A stretch of 64,000 bases of DNA from Squalus acanthias (Eukaryota): positions 3,472,001 through 3,536,000 of the forward strand of contig CM059433.1 in the NCBI GenBank assembly GCA_030390025.1, written 5' to 3'. Position numbers and translations under genes: made by a program. Numbering within the stretch: the first letter of the stretch is position 1; every line of letters starts with the position of its first letter. Positions 1 to 10,153 of the stretch are shown piece after piece. The notes under the pieces were generated by a model. That model searched no databases. It was not told the DNA's origin and saw only the letters and a program-made list of their open reading frames with translations.

Positions 1-1
1 G

Positions 2-522
2 TACCCTGGCAGTTGCCATGACTCCTTCATTCTGCGGCAGTCTAGTGTGCCTCCGCTCTTCAGTCCGCCAGACCAACTTTTCGGATAGCTACTTGAAGAC
101 AAGGGCTATCCCTGAAGACGTGGCTAATGACGCCGTTGAGGAGCCCTTCCAACGAGGAGCGCTACAACTCCAGCCACATTTCCACCAGATCCATAATCGA
201 GCAAACCATCGGCGTGCTGAAGATACGATTCAGATGCCTGGATAGATCAAGTGGAGCCCTGCAGTACTCAGCAGCCAGGGTCTCCAGAATCATCGTGGTC
301 TGCTGTGCACTTCACAACATGGCACAGCATCGTGGCTTGCAGCTGCTTGAGGAACAAGTGGCTCATCACATAGCCTCCTCAGATGAGGAGGAGGAGGAGG
401 AGGAGGAGGAGGAGAGCGACAACGAACAGCTTGCGGAGATACATCAACCAGCGCCAGCAGCACGCGAGCACATTGCTGCCCGGGATGCAAGGGACGCACT
501 CATCCTGGCCAGATTTGCTTAG
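2..522 (+). pseudogene. Harbinger DDE transposase (HARBI1-like), C-terminal part, disrupted
   Basis: Frame 2 reads YPGSCHDSFILRQS...FG*LLEDKGYP (TAG at 86-88). After a frameshift near 111 it continues WLMTPLRSP...YNSSHISTRSIIEQTIGVLKIRFRCLD...IIVVCCALHN. These are the DDE_Tnp_4 motifs. Stop at 520-522. Confidence 0.9.
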
Positions 523-779
523 CCTGCCCAATCAAACACTTTTGCCTCGCACCTTCTTACCACACCATCGACAATGGCCAAGAACCTGTGGATTCCCATC
601 ACTTTGACCACCATACTGACAATTGCAAGTCGCCCTAAGCCCTCAAAGTGGAAGCCCCATTTGCGAAATGACACAGGCCACAACTTCAACTGTTTGCATC
701 AAGTTTTTTTATCATATCAAATCATGGATGGCTTTTCAAAAATAAACACAACATTACACCCAAGTGACTACCCTTGTGA

Positions 780-2776
780 CTACTTGTGCTTTATCTTCCT
801 CTTACGCATGCTCCTACGTGGTGCTTCCCCGTGGCTTCAGCAGATGTGGAGGCCCCTTGCTCACTCTCTTGCTGCTCCTGCCTCGACACCTTTGGCGGGC
901 GTCCTCTGGGGTTGCAAACCTGTGAGGGCTTGGCAACAGTCTGCTGCTCCTGCGGCTGTGCAGGGGCTGAGACGCCGATCTCAGTTGGGTGAGGACTCTG
1001 GTAGGGCTCTGACCGAGGGCTCTGCAGTGGCATGGCTTGGAGAGGAGCCCCCACTTCCTTGTTCTCTGCCACCAACATCCCTCTCATGGGTCAGCCTTAC
1101 TTCAGAGCTAGCAAGTGGCTTGACAGGACCTTGCTGCACTTCAGGGGGGCCATGAGGACCCGTTTCTGCACTGGAAGTCCTACTCCAGAGGACTTCCATG
1201 AAGGTTTGGTTTCTCTGCTCAATAGCTGACCATCACTCCTCAAGAGATTTCATTCTATTCTGAACAATGACCATGTTTTCAATACCCTGGCGACTAAGCT
1301 CCTCCATGGCCGTGGCCATCCTCTTCTCTACCATAGCCATCCTCTCCTCTACAGTAGCCAGCCTTACCATGGAGGTAGCCATCCTTTCCACGGAGGTTGC
1401 CATCCTTTCCGTGGTGATGCCTTCATGCGCCAACGCGTCCACAAAGGCTCTGCTCATGTTAGCGATGGACTCCTCCATTCGCTCCACAGTCGCAGCGACC
1501 CCGGAGACAAAACCTGCCAGAGACTCCTGCACCTGTTCCTGGAGTTCCAGCACCGCTCTCCTTCTGGATGGACCCAGAGGCACAGGGTCGACATGCAGCG
1601 GAGCCGAGCTGGGAGAGTCCTGCTCCCTCCGTCTAGGACTCTCCACTGCTGTCCCTGTCTCCACCATCTGCTGATGCTCACTTGTGAGCTGTGATACACC
1701 AGGTGACAACTCTACTCTATCTCGTGAAGGTCCCACCGAGGTGTGAATGTCTGCGCTGGTGCTGGGTGAGCTTAATTCTGCTGACGCTGCGCCCTCAGAG
1801 GTTGCAGCTTCCTCTGAGGAGTCTGGGGGCTCAGGCTGTTCCTCCTGGACAGTGGGGAGAGGGGCTGTTGATGGTCCTGTGGGGGATTAAAGGAAAGAGT
1901 TAGACATATGAGATAAATGTTGCATGCACATGGAATTGTGCAGATGATCATAAGTCAATCTGTTAGAGCATCAGAATCAATATCAGTCACTCATGCAATG
2001 TCAATGAGAGAGATGCCAAATTATTCTGTCACCGAGCTTGCTCTGATGCGCCCGTCTGTCTGTCCCCCACTTGCGCATCCTCCTCCACTCCCACGATCTC
2101 CAGGACCGCCTCCTCTGCACTGGTGAGCTGGGCTATTGAGGATGGTCCTCCTCCTGTCCTCGCCCTCTCCCTCTTATTGTGGGCTCTCTTTTCCTGCAAT
2201 GAGGGAGACAAGTGGAGTTTGAGTGAGAATGAAGGAGTGAGTGTAGAGAATCCATAGCATAGATGCTTAGAAGGACACAAAGATGGAGTGAGGTGCCAAG
2301 ACCAAGGGCCCTCCCTGTGTGTTGTAAGTTGCTGGCATTGCATCACAGTGATAGGGAGTGTGAGGGCTGCATAGTCGAATAGTTAAGTGAATGTGAACAT
2401 ACAGAGAGGGGGAATGGGTAAGGGTGCAGGGATATAAGGGTTAAGTGGGATGTGGAGGAGGAGGTTGACAAAGCAGAGTGCTGGTGATGAGAGGCGATGG
2501 GGATCAGATTGAGGATCATGGGGATGCAATACTCACTTTTCCTGTGTGGAGAAGGTCATGAAACCTCTTTCTCCACTGCAGCCAGGTTCTGCTGCACATT
2601 GAGATGGCACTGACCTCCTGTGCCACTTGCAGCCACACAGCTTTGGTCTGTTGGGGAGGCTTTTTCCTCCCTGAAGAAGGAAACAGCACTTCCTTATTCG
2701 CTCTTGCTCCCTCCACCAGAGCTTGGAGGGAGTTCTCATCGAATCGGGGTGCACACTTTGGTCTGGTGCTGGACAT
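780..2776 (-). pseudogene. Harbinger Myb/SANT-like DNA-binding gene, 3 exons (2776-2537, 2193-2033, 1876-780), disrupted
   Basis: Same GT-AG exon structure as copy 2. Relative to copy 2 it has one extra base at the end of exon 2, a CGA>TGA stop at 1233-1235 and an 11-nt deletion near 1035. Confidence 0.85.
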
Positions 2777-3020
2777 GGTTGCAGTAGGAATTCCTCAGAA
2801 GTATGATGCTAAAGTTGAAAGGCTGAAGAAGAACCGACATCATCGGTGGCGAGTTTCAGCATCAAAAGATTCATTGGGCCAGGGGTTCCCACACGCTGGA
2901 AATCAAGTGCCCAATTAGGGCAAAATCGCTCATTTGTACCGCCTCACATCGGAGGCGGGGTCCTGACATGCCGATAACCTGACACGTCCCCAGCCCGCCC
3001 CCAATGACAAAATCCAGCCC

Positions 3021-3427
3021 AAAGACTCAGTATCCACAGCCCTCTGGGGCAGAGAATTCCAAAGATTCACAACCCTCCGAGTGAAGAAATTCCTCCTCAT
3101 CTCAGTCTTAAATGGCCGACCCCTTATCCTGAGACTATGCCCCCTAGTTCTAGACACTCCAGCCAGGGGAAACAAGCTCTCAGCATCTACCCTGTCAATC
3201 CCCTTCAGAATCTTGTATGTTTCAATGAGATCACCTCTCATTCTTCTAAACTCCAGAGAGTATCGGCCCATTCTACACAATCTCTCATCATAGGACAGGC
3301 CTCTCATCACAGGAATCAATTTAGTCAACCTTCGTTGCACCGCCTCCAAGGCAAGTATATCCTTCCTTAGATAAGGAGACCAAAACTCTGCACAGTACTC
3401 CAGGTATAGTCTCAGCATAGCCCTGTC
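3021..3427 (-). mobile_element. CR1 LINE fragment (RT C-terminal region)
   Basis: LEYCAEFWSPYLRKDILALEAVQRRLTKLIP...RRNFFTRRVVNLWNSLP. Abuts the Harbinger terminus at 3020. Confidence 0.88.
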
Positions 3428-4062
3428 CAAGAGATACCCCATGATTTGCGAATCGCCACAAATTGCTGGACGGTTTGCGTTAGCTTCACCCTCAATCTCC
3501 ACGAGTTTCATTGTGCACTAATTGCCATTTAAACTCGCCGCAAAAAATGAGGGCTGGTACTTAACAGCGTAAGTACCTTTTAGTGAGGAGATTTATGTTC
3601 CTGCAATGCCGCTCAACCGCTCCAGACCAAAAAGGGAACAAGTGAAACTTTGGAGTCTCATTCCTAGAGGTAGTAAATTGTTGTTAGAGATTTTGTAAAT
3701 TAAAAATTTTTAATTCTTACTTTTCCTTTCTGTCTCTATTTTTGTTCTCTCTTAATCCTCACTTTCTTTCTTCTTTATTTCTCTTTCTGTACCTGATTTG
3801 CCTCTAACTCACCTTATTTCCTTCCCTGTCATTCCTCTGTTTCTCTCTCAATCCTTATATTTCATTGGTTAAGGAGATAGACTATTGGTCCCGTCGTTTG
3901 CCAAGGTCCCAGATGCCCTGTTGCCCTCGCCGTGCCGTTATCAGCGCGCACCTCCAGCAACTTAGAGGGCAAAGTATTTTCAAGCTAAAGGGTGAGGGAA
4001 ATAATCTAACTAATGTGGCACACAGCGAGGTGTCCCGCTCCAGTAAGATCTAGGCCAATATT

Positions 4063-4826
4063 GGCCCAGAAATTCGGGTCGGAGGCTTCCCGCAGGTGCA
4101 AGCCCTCGACCTGCACTTACATAGCGCGCCTGCCGTTGTGCTGTGGGCCCGCGTGGGATTCGGCTCCTGGGCCTCCTCCAGCTGCCGGCGCGCAGTGCTT
4201 GCGTATCCCAGTGGCGCAGTTAGTTCGAAGCGTCCCCTGGGATCACGTGGGCCATGGGGAGCCAATCGGAGCAGGGAATCTCCATTCATAGATTTGAGAG
4301 GAAGACCTGTCAAATCTATGAATAGAGATCAGCCCCAAAACCTCACTAAAACTTCAAATAAATTTTTTAAAAACCATCAAATTTTAAAAATAACTATAAA
4401 TTACATAAATTAACTATTTTAAACAAAAATTTTAATTTTTTCAAAAATTAATTAAAGTTTTTAACGGGGCTAAAAATAAACTTACCTTTCTTTAAAGTAT
4501 TTAAAAATGATAAACCCGTGGAAAAAATGTTTCAATTTTACTTAATTCACCTCTTAACTTGTTAAAACCAGGCCTTGCGCCTGCTTTTTGCACGTGCAGC
4601 TGCTAGGGACTTACCCGCATGGAGAAACCTGTAAAAAAAGCTGAAGTTCCAGGTCTACGCGCTGCCTCTCTGGCGCACGCGTTTGACCTGTGAACCCCTT
4701 CCTTCAAGGGGACGGAAGTTCTGGTTTCCAGCGCATGCGCAGTGCATGCGTGAAACCGGCACTTTCGTTGGCCTTACGGGTGAGTGCACAACGCGTACTC
4801 ACCCGTGGAGACCCGAATTTCTGACC
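4063..4826. mobile_element. MITE (non-autonomous DNA transposon, Harbinger-like termini)
   Basis: Terminal inverted repeats CAGAAATTCGGGTC (4067-4080) / GACCCGAATTTCTG (4810-4823). GC-rich arms around an AT-rich core. No coding similarity. Confidence 0.7.
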
Positions 4827-5165
4827 ATAATATATAAGACAATATAAAGGCAGCCTGAAAAGTTCCAGAACGTTGCTAAGATCCTCGGTTGCCCCTCGCC
4901 ATTCACAGGCCCATATTTAATTTACAGACCAAATGGGAACATTTGTGCCGTTTATTGTGTTTCATTCTTTAATCATTCTGTAAATAACTTGCCATACTCA
5001 TATAAATGATCTTAATTGAAATATGAAATTAGATATAGACAATCTGCAGCTGGCCTTTGTGAAATTAGGGTTGGCTGAAGCAGGTTAATTTCCATTTGGT
5101 CCGCTTCTGAAATTAAATTAACAGGAAGAGGAGGGTGTATGAAAATAGCAAATAGAAGATTCAAA

Positions 5166-5280
5166 ATAAAAAGAAAGACTTGCATTTATATAGCGCCTTT
5201 CACGACCACCGGACGTCCCAAACTGCTTTACAGCCAATGAATGCCTTTTGAAGTGGAGTCACTGTTGTAATGTAGGAAAT
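5166..5280 (-). mobile_element. DeuSINE (SacSINE1-like) 3' tail fragment
   Basis: Reverse complement of the tail at 41380-41490 (AAGACTTGCATTTATATAGCGCCTTTCACGACC...). Confidence 0.8.
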
Positions 5281-5285
5281 AATAA

Positions 5286-6127
5286 TCGAAATCCACAACA
5301 AGGCCTTGGACGACGTGGACCACTTTCCAAACCTCGGGAGCCTACTGTCAACAAGGGCAGACGTCGACGACGAAGTCCAACACCGCCTTCAGTGTGTCAG
5401 TGCAGCCTTCGGTCGCCTGAGGAAGAGAGTGTTTGAAGACCAGGACCTCAAACCCAGCACTAAGCTCATGGTCTACAGAGCAGTAGTGATACCCGCCCTG
5501 CTGTATGCCTCAGAGACATGGACCATGTACAGCAGGCACTTCAAAGCACTGGAGAGGTAGCACCAACGCTGCCTCCGCAAGATCCTGCAAATCTATTGGC
5601 AGGATAGGCGCACCAACGTCAGTGTTCTTGCTCAGGCCAACATCCCCAGCATCGAAGCTTTGACCACGCTCGATCAGCTCCAATGGACGGGTCACATTGT
5701 CCGCATGCCCGATACGAGACTCCCAAAACAAGCGCTCTACTCGGAGCTCCGACACGGCAAGCGAGCCCCAGGTGGGCAGAGGAAATGCTTCAAGGACACC
5801 CTCAAAGCCTCCTTGAAAAAGTGTAACATCCCCACCGACACCTGGGTATCCCTGGCCCAAGACCGCACAAAGTGGAGGAGAAGCATCCGGGAAGGCGCCG
5901 AATACCTCGAGTCTCTTCGCCGGGAGCAAGCGGAAGCCAAGCGCAAACAGCGGAAGGAGCGCACGTCAACCCAAGCACCCCACCCGCCCCCCCCTTCAAC
6001 CACCGTCTGCCCCACCTGTGACAGAGACTGTAGGTCCCGCATTGGACTCATCAGTCACTTGAGAACTCATTTTTAGTGTGGAAGCAAGTCATCCTCGTTT
6101 CTGAGGGACTGCCTAAGAAGAAGAGAA
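5286..6127 (+). mobile_element. RTE-clade LINE, 5'-truncated copy
   Basis: Matches 13030-13868. Ends in the CPTC...HLRTH zinc finger and an (AAG)n tail. 14-bp TSD GTAGGAAATAATAA at 5272-5285 and 6128-6141. Confidence 0.92.
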
Positions 6128-6382
6128 GTAGGAAATAATAAAATGAAACAAAGAAAGAGAGAAACAAAATGACAGATAACTATTAAAGAACAGAGATAGA
6201 AAACATAGTCAGCAGGCCAGAAAGATTCGATGAAAATGGCCTTCTGAACCATTTGATCTCATCCTTGCAGAATAACAATCCAACCTCATTACAGCGTTAA
6301 TGCTCACCTGAGCAGGCAAACAGGACCTCGGTTAAAGATTGCACCAGTCTGTCCCAAGGCCAGTCACTGGCTATCTGCCTGC

Positions 6383-6441
6383 CCTCTCTCTCTCTCACTC
6401 GTTCCCTCTCTCTCTCACTCATTCCCTCTCTCTCTCACTCG

Positions 6442-6472
<31 letters not shown>

Positions 6473-6669
6473 GTTCCCTCTCTCTCTCACTCGTTTCCTC
6501 TCTCTCTCTCTCTCTCTATCTCTCTCGCTCCCTCTCTCTCGCTCCCTCTCGCTTCCTCTCGCTCCATCTCTCTCTCTCTCTCTCTCTCGCTCCCTCTCTC
6601 TCTGTCTCTCTCTCGCTCCCTCTCTCTCTCTCTCTCTCTCGCTCCCTCTCTCTCTCTCTCTCTCTCTCG

Positions 6670-6700
<31 letters not shown>

Positions 6701-7001
6701 GCTCCCTCTCTCTCTCTCTCTCTCTCGCTCCCTCTCTCTCTCTCTCTCTCTCGCTCTCTCTCTCTCGCTCCCCCTCTCTCTCTCTCTCTCTCTCGCTCCC
6801 TCTCTCTCTGTCTCTCTCTCGCTCCCTCTCGCTCCCTCTCGCTCCCTCTCGCTCCCTCTCTCTCTCTCTCTCTCTCGCTCTCTCTCTCTCGCTCCCTCTC
6901 TCTCTCTCTCTCTCGCTCCCTCTCTCTCTGTCTCTCTCTCTGTCTCTCTCTCGCTCCCTCTCGCTCCCTCTCGCTCCCTCTCTCTCTCTCTCTCTCTCTC
7001 G

Positions 7002-7037
<36 letters not shown>

Positions 7038-7082
7038 CCCTCTCTCTCTCTCTCTCTCTCGCTCCCTCCTTCTCTCTCTCTG
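6383..7082. repeat. (TC)n microsatellite interspersed with GCTCCC; polypyrimidine tract
   Basis: Directly visible. Confidence 0.97.
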
Positions 7083-7107
7083 TCACACGTACACGAACAC
7101 ATTCATT

Positions 7108-7306
7108 GGGGTAAATTTTGTGAGATAGCATTCCCGCCTGACGCAGTGGGAGGGCAAGTTGAACAATCGTGTGCCGTGGTCAATGCACCTGATTCACGAC
7201 CTGCCTGGCCACACTCCGACCTGCTGACCCCCAGACCTGCTGGTCCATCCTGTCCTCCCATGAACCAAGCTTCGCACTGCGAGCGCTGATGTGTAAAATT
7301 TGCTCC
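7108..7306. mobile_element. Short MITE-like element
   Basis: Imperfect TIR GGGGTAAATTTT / AAAATTTGCTCC (10 of 12 match). Confidence 0.45.
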
Positions 7307-8574
7307 GTGTCTCTCTCTGTGTTCTAATTCTTACTCTTATTTCATACCTAACTCTTTAATTGTGCCCCTTTGCCATTGTTTTGCTGTATTGCGACACAAA
7401 CAGACACGGGGACACCCAGGGTAATCACATTTGTAATTGATATCGCACCTGTGGAGTGGATATTGATTCCTTATTTGCAGTGAATTATTTCTGAAACTGG
7501 CATTATTTGACTCCTCAGATTAATGCAATACATTAGGTGACATGCACTATCACATAGCTAATGATGACAGCTTTAAAGCCCGTCCTGCCTCATGTCAGTG
7601 TTGTAAATCGATTACAATGATTTAATATAAGGTTATAGTATCCATTTTATTTTCAAGATTGCTGTTGTAATAAAAACGAAGATGGCAACTCAAGAGTTAT
7701 TTTTTTTTTTACTGCTCCATGATATACGGAGAAGCCAGCCCATCCCCGCATTGATCTCACTGTGAGGCTCCATGACAGTATAGGAATTGTGTATCGCAAA
7801 ATAGCCACACAACGAGTGATTGTTTGGTCCAGACAAGATCTTTGCTGGAATGGGGTGGCTTATGAGCGATTGGATTGGTTTATTATTGAAACCACTCACC
7901 AAGCGCTGTTGTGTAGCCTCTATCTCGACCACATGTAATGATGTCATCCGCACGCTCTCTGTTCCGTATTCCGTGGAAATTCCAGAACACACCATTCTAA
8001 TTACTTAAATCATTTCTGCTTTAAACATTTCATTTGAAGAATATATCAAAGCGTAAGCATTCGAAACACACATCAGACAGCAGCCCTGACACAGCTTCTG
8101 GCTATATCGAAATAAATCTACTAATCAATTGTAGAGTGTCTTTTTACCCATCCATTTGATCTCTTTATAGCCTTCAGAGTAGTAATATTTTCCAGAAGTA
8201 TGTCCCTTCCTGCAGAATTTAATGCTGCTTAATCTTACTGTAAGACATGAGACACCAAATTAAAAGTCTTAGACTGAACTTTGTGTATAAGTGGGCTTCA
8301 TTATTTAAAATAAAGGTTGCAAAATACCACATTTTAGTCATGAGTTCATGTCTGGTTGAGGCATTTGTACATTCAAAGTAGCACACAGCAGCTTTCCCAC
8401 AGGGTGTGGACTGCAGGGATGGACAGAGGGTTCGGGGGAAAAGATCACTCCGCTTTCTCCAGACCTCAGCAGTTAGGATGCACCATATTTTACAAACAAT
8501 TTTTACATGTTTTTAAAAGCCTCTAATGAAAGATTTATCCCTTGAAATTAGGCTCTTCAAATATTAGTGTATTA

Positions 8575-9403
8575 GGGGGAAGAATTCGGTTGGTTAGCAC
8601 CTCCCGTTAGCACCTCCGGGGGCACTAATGGGGCACTAGGAACTTAGCGCCCGTGCGCGGCGATTTTAGCGCCGCTTGCGAAATTGACCAGTCGTTTTGT
8701 GGCGGCGCTAAACACTACCGCCATGATCTCCTGCGCCCGCAGATCGTGACGTCAGTCGAGCGTGCAACGCCCCGGACCGGATATTGAGTCACGCCCCCTG
8801 CCTTAGCACCTGCCGCTAGGAACGACAGGTAGAGGGGAACGTTTTCAAGTCGGGAAGGGGCTGGGGGAGCGCTATTTAAAGGCGGGCACTTCCTGTCTTT
8901 TCTTGTCGGCAAAATTTTTGGTACACGCAGGTTGAGAGGGAGAGAGACGTCTGGAGAGATTTAACGCTGTCCTAAGGAGTTTTGGCCCTCAGCACCACTT
9001 TTGAGGTTCCTAATCACCGAGCTCTTTCCCTGGGCCTATTCATTAGTGCTTCCAACACAATTGCTTTCGAGGTCTCTCCAGGCCGAGATTCAAGGCTGCA
9101 ATGAGCCGGGATGGCTGGCCAGCAAGATGGCCCCTCCCCTTTAAGAACTGGACGGAGCCAGTCTGTCTGGCTTCCATGGTAACGGACATCGCCTGAGCTT
9201 CGGTAGCGTTCTGAGGTAGCGCCTCGCTCCCCGATGTTAGCGCCTTAAGAGAGGTGTGTAGCACCTGATTTAGCGCTCAAATCATCTCCAGGGGACGATA
9301 GAGGCGAATTTTGCAGTCGGAGGCGATAATTAGCGCCGGGCGCTAAACTTTGCGCCGACCGATATTAGCGCCCCAAAAATGGGCGATACCCAATTTTTCC
9401 CCC
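8575..9403. mobile_element. Harbinger-type MITE (GGGGGAA.AATT family)
   Basis: TIR GGGGGAAGAATT / AATTTTTCCCCC. 3-bp TSD TTA at 8572-8574 and 9404-9406. Homologous to 14759-15640 and 56992-57883. Confidence 0.9.
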
Positions 9404-9509
9404 TTAATGTTTTACACTTTCTACAAAATTCTTTTATCTGCTACCTTGTTGAGGTGTTAACCTGTTTATTTTAAATGATGCCACGTGGTTCTTGTTATAA
9501 CGGAAACAC

Positions 9510-10030
9510 TGGCCTCGATTATATCTCGGGACGGGATCAGTGCGTGAGGGCAGTCTTTGGGCGAGCGACAAGCTGGCACGCCGAGGCCGGGAGAGATTTT
9601 AACCCCCGGAGCTTCATTCTCAAGTTCAGGCCCTGAACCCGGCAGGAATCTCCGCCTGGCTAGCGAGGAGGAGCGGGAATTCGGGTGGCTGGAGATCCGT
9701 GGAAAAGGTCCGTGGGAAAGGTCCCTGGTAGTCAGGTATGTGTTGGGAGGGGGAGGGTTCCAGAGGGGATTGCTACCGGGGGAGGGGGACAACCCCGGGG
9801 CAAGGCCCAAGCATTCCTTGTGGGGCCCAGAGACCTTACTGGGCCTCCTCTAACTCTCGACCCATCTCCCGCCAGGTTTGGCCTTGCGGGGAAGCCACCC
9901 CTGCTCAGGCCTTGGATTAAAATAGCAGATCAGGTCCCAGTGACATAATCGGAGCCGGCCCTGCATATTTAAAAAGGACCCCGCTGGCTTGGGGCATGTG
10001 TCCTTGCTGACATCAATAAAATTACTGTCA
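9510..10030. mobile_element. Probable degenerate MITE / DNA transposon remnant
   Basis: GC-rich island with internal inverted motifs (ATTTTAACCC / GGATTAAAAT), similar in style to 58057-59033. Ends are not clearly defined. Confidence 0.35.
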
Positions 10031-10153
10031 GTCAGATTGGGGCATGAAAGGAGTAGGGAAGCCCCCTCCTCCATTACTTTCCAATTCAGGTCTCAGCTTG
10101 TCTCAGCTAATAGTATGCTCAGCTGAGTTAGGAGGTTGATGGTTTAAGCCACG

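Larger units (their letters stand above)
1..3020. mobile_element. PIF/Harbinger DNA transposon, copy 1 (runs off the left window edge; decayed)
   Basis: Convergent HARBI1-like transposase (+) and Myb/SANT-like gene (-). Terminus AAAATCCAGCCC ends at 3020. Colinear, in inverted orientation, with 60854-63665. Confidence 0.92.

Noticed and set aside
2..522. Host HARBI1 gene
   Set aside because: It has a stop and a frameshift, lies inside a TIR-bounded element with a Myb partner, and has a second copy in the window.
3430..4056. Additional non-autonomous DNA transposon
   Set aside because: It looks repeat-like, but only one plausible terminus is visible and there is no second copy in the window.
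6339..7289. Ser/Leu and Glu/Arg repeat ORFs
   Set aside because: Artefact of the (TC)n repeat.
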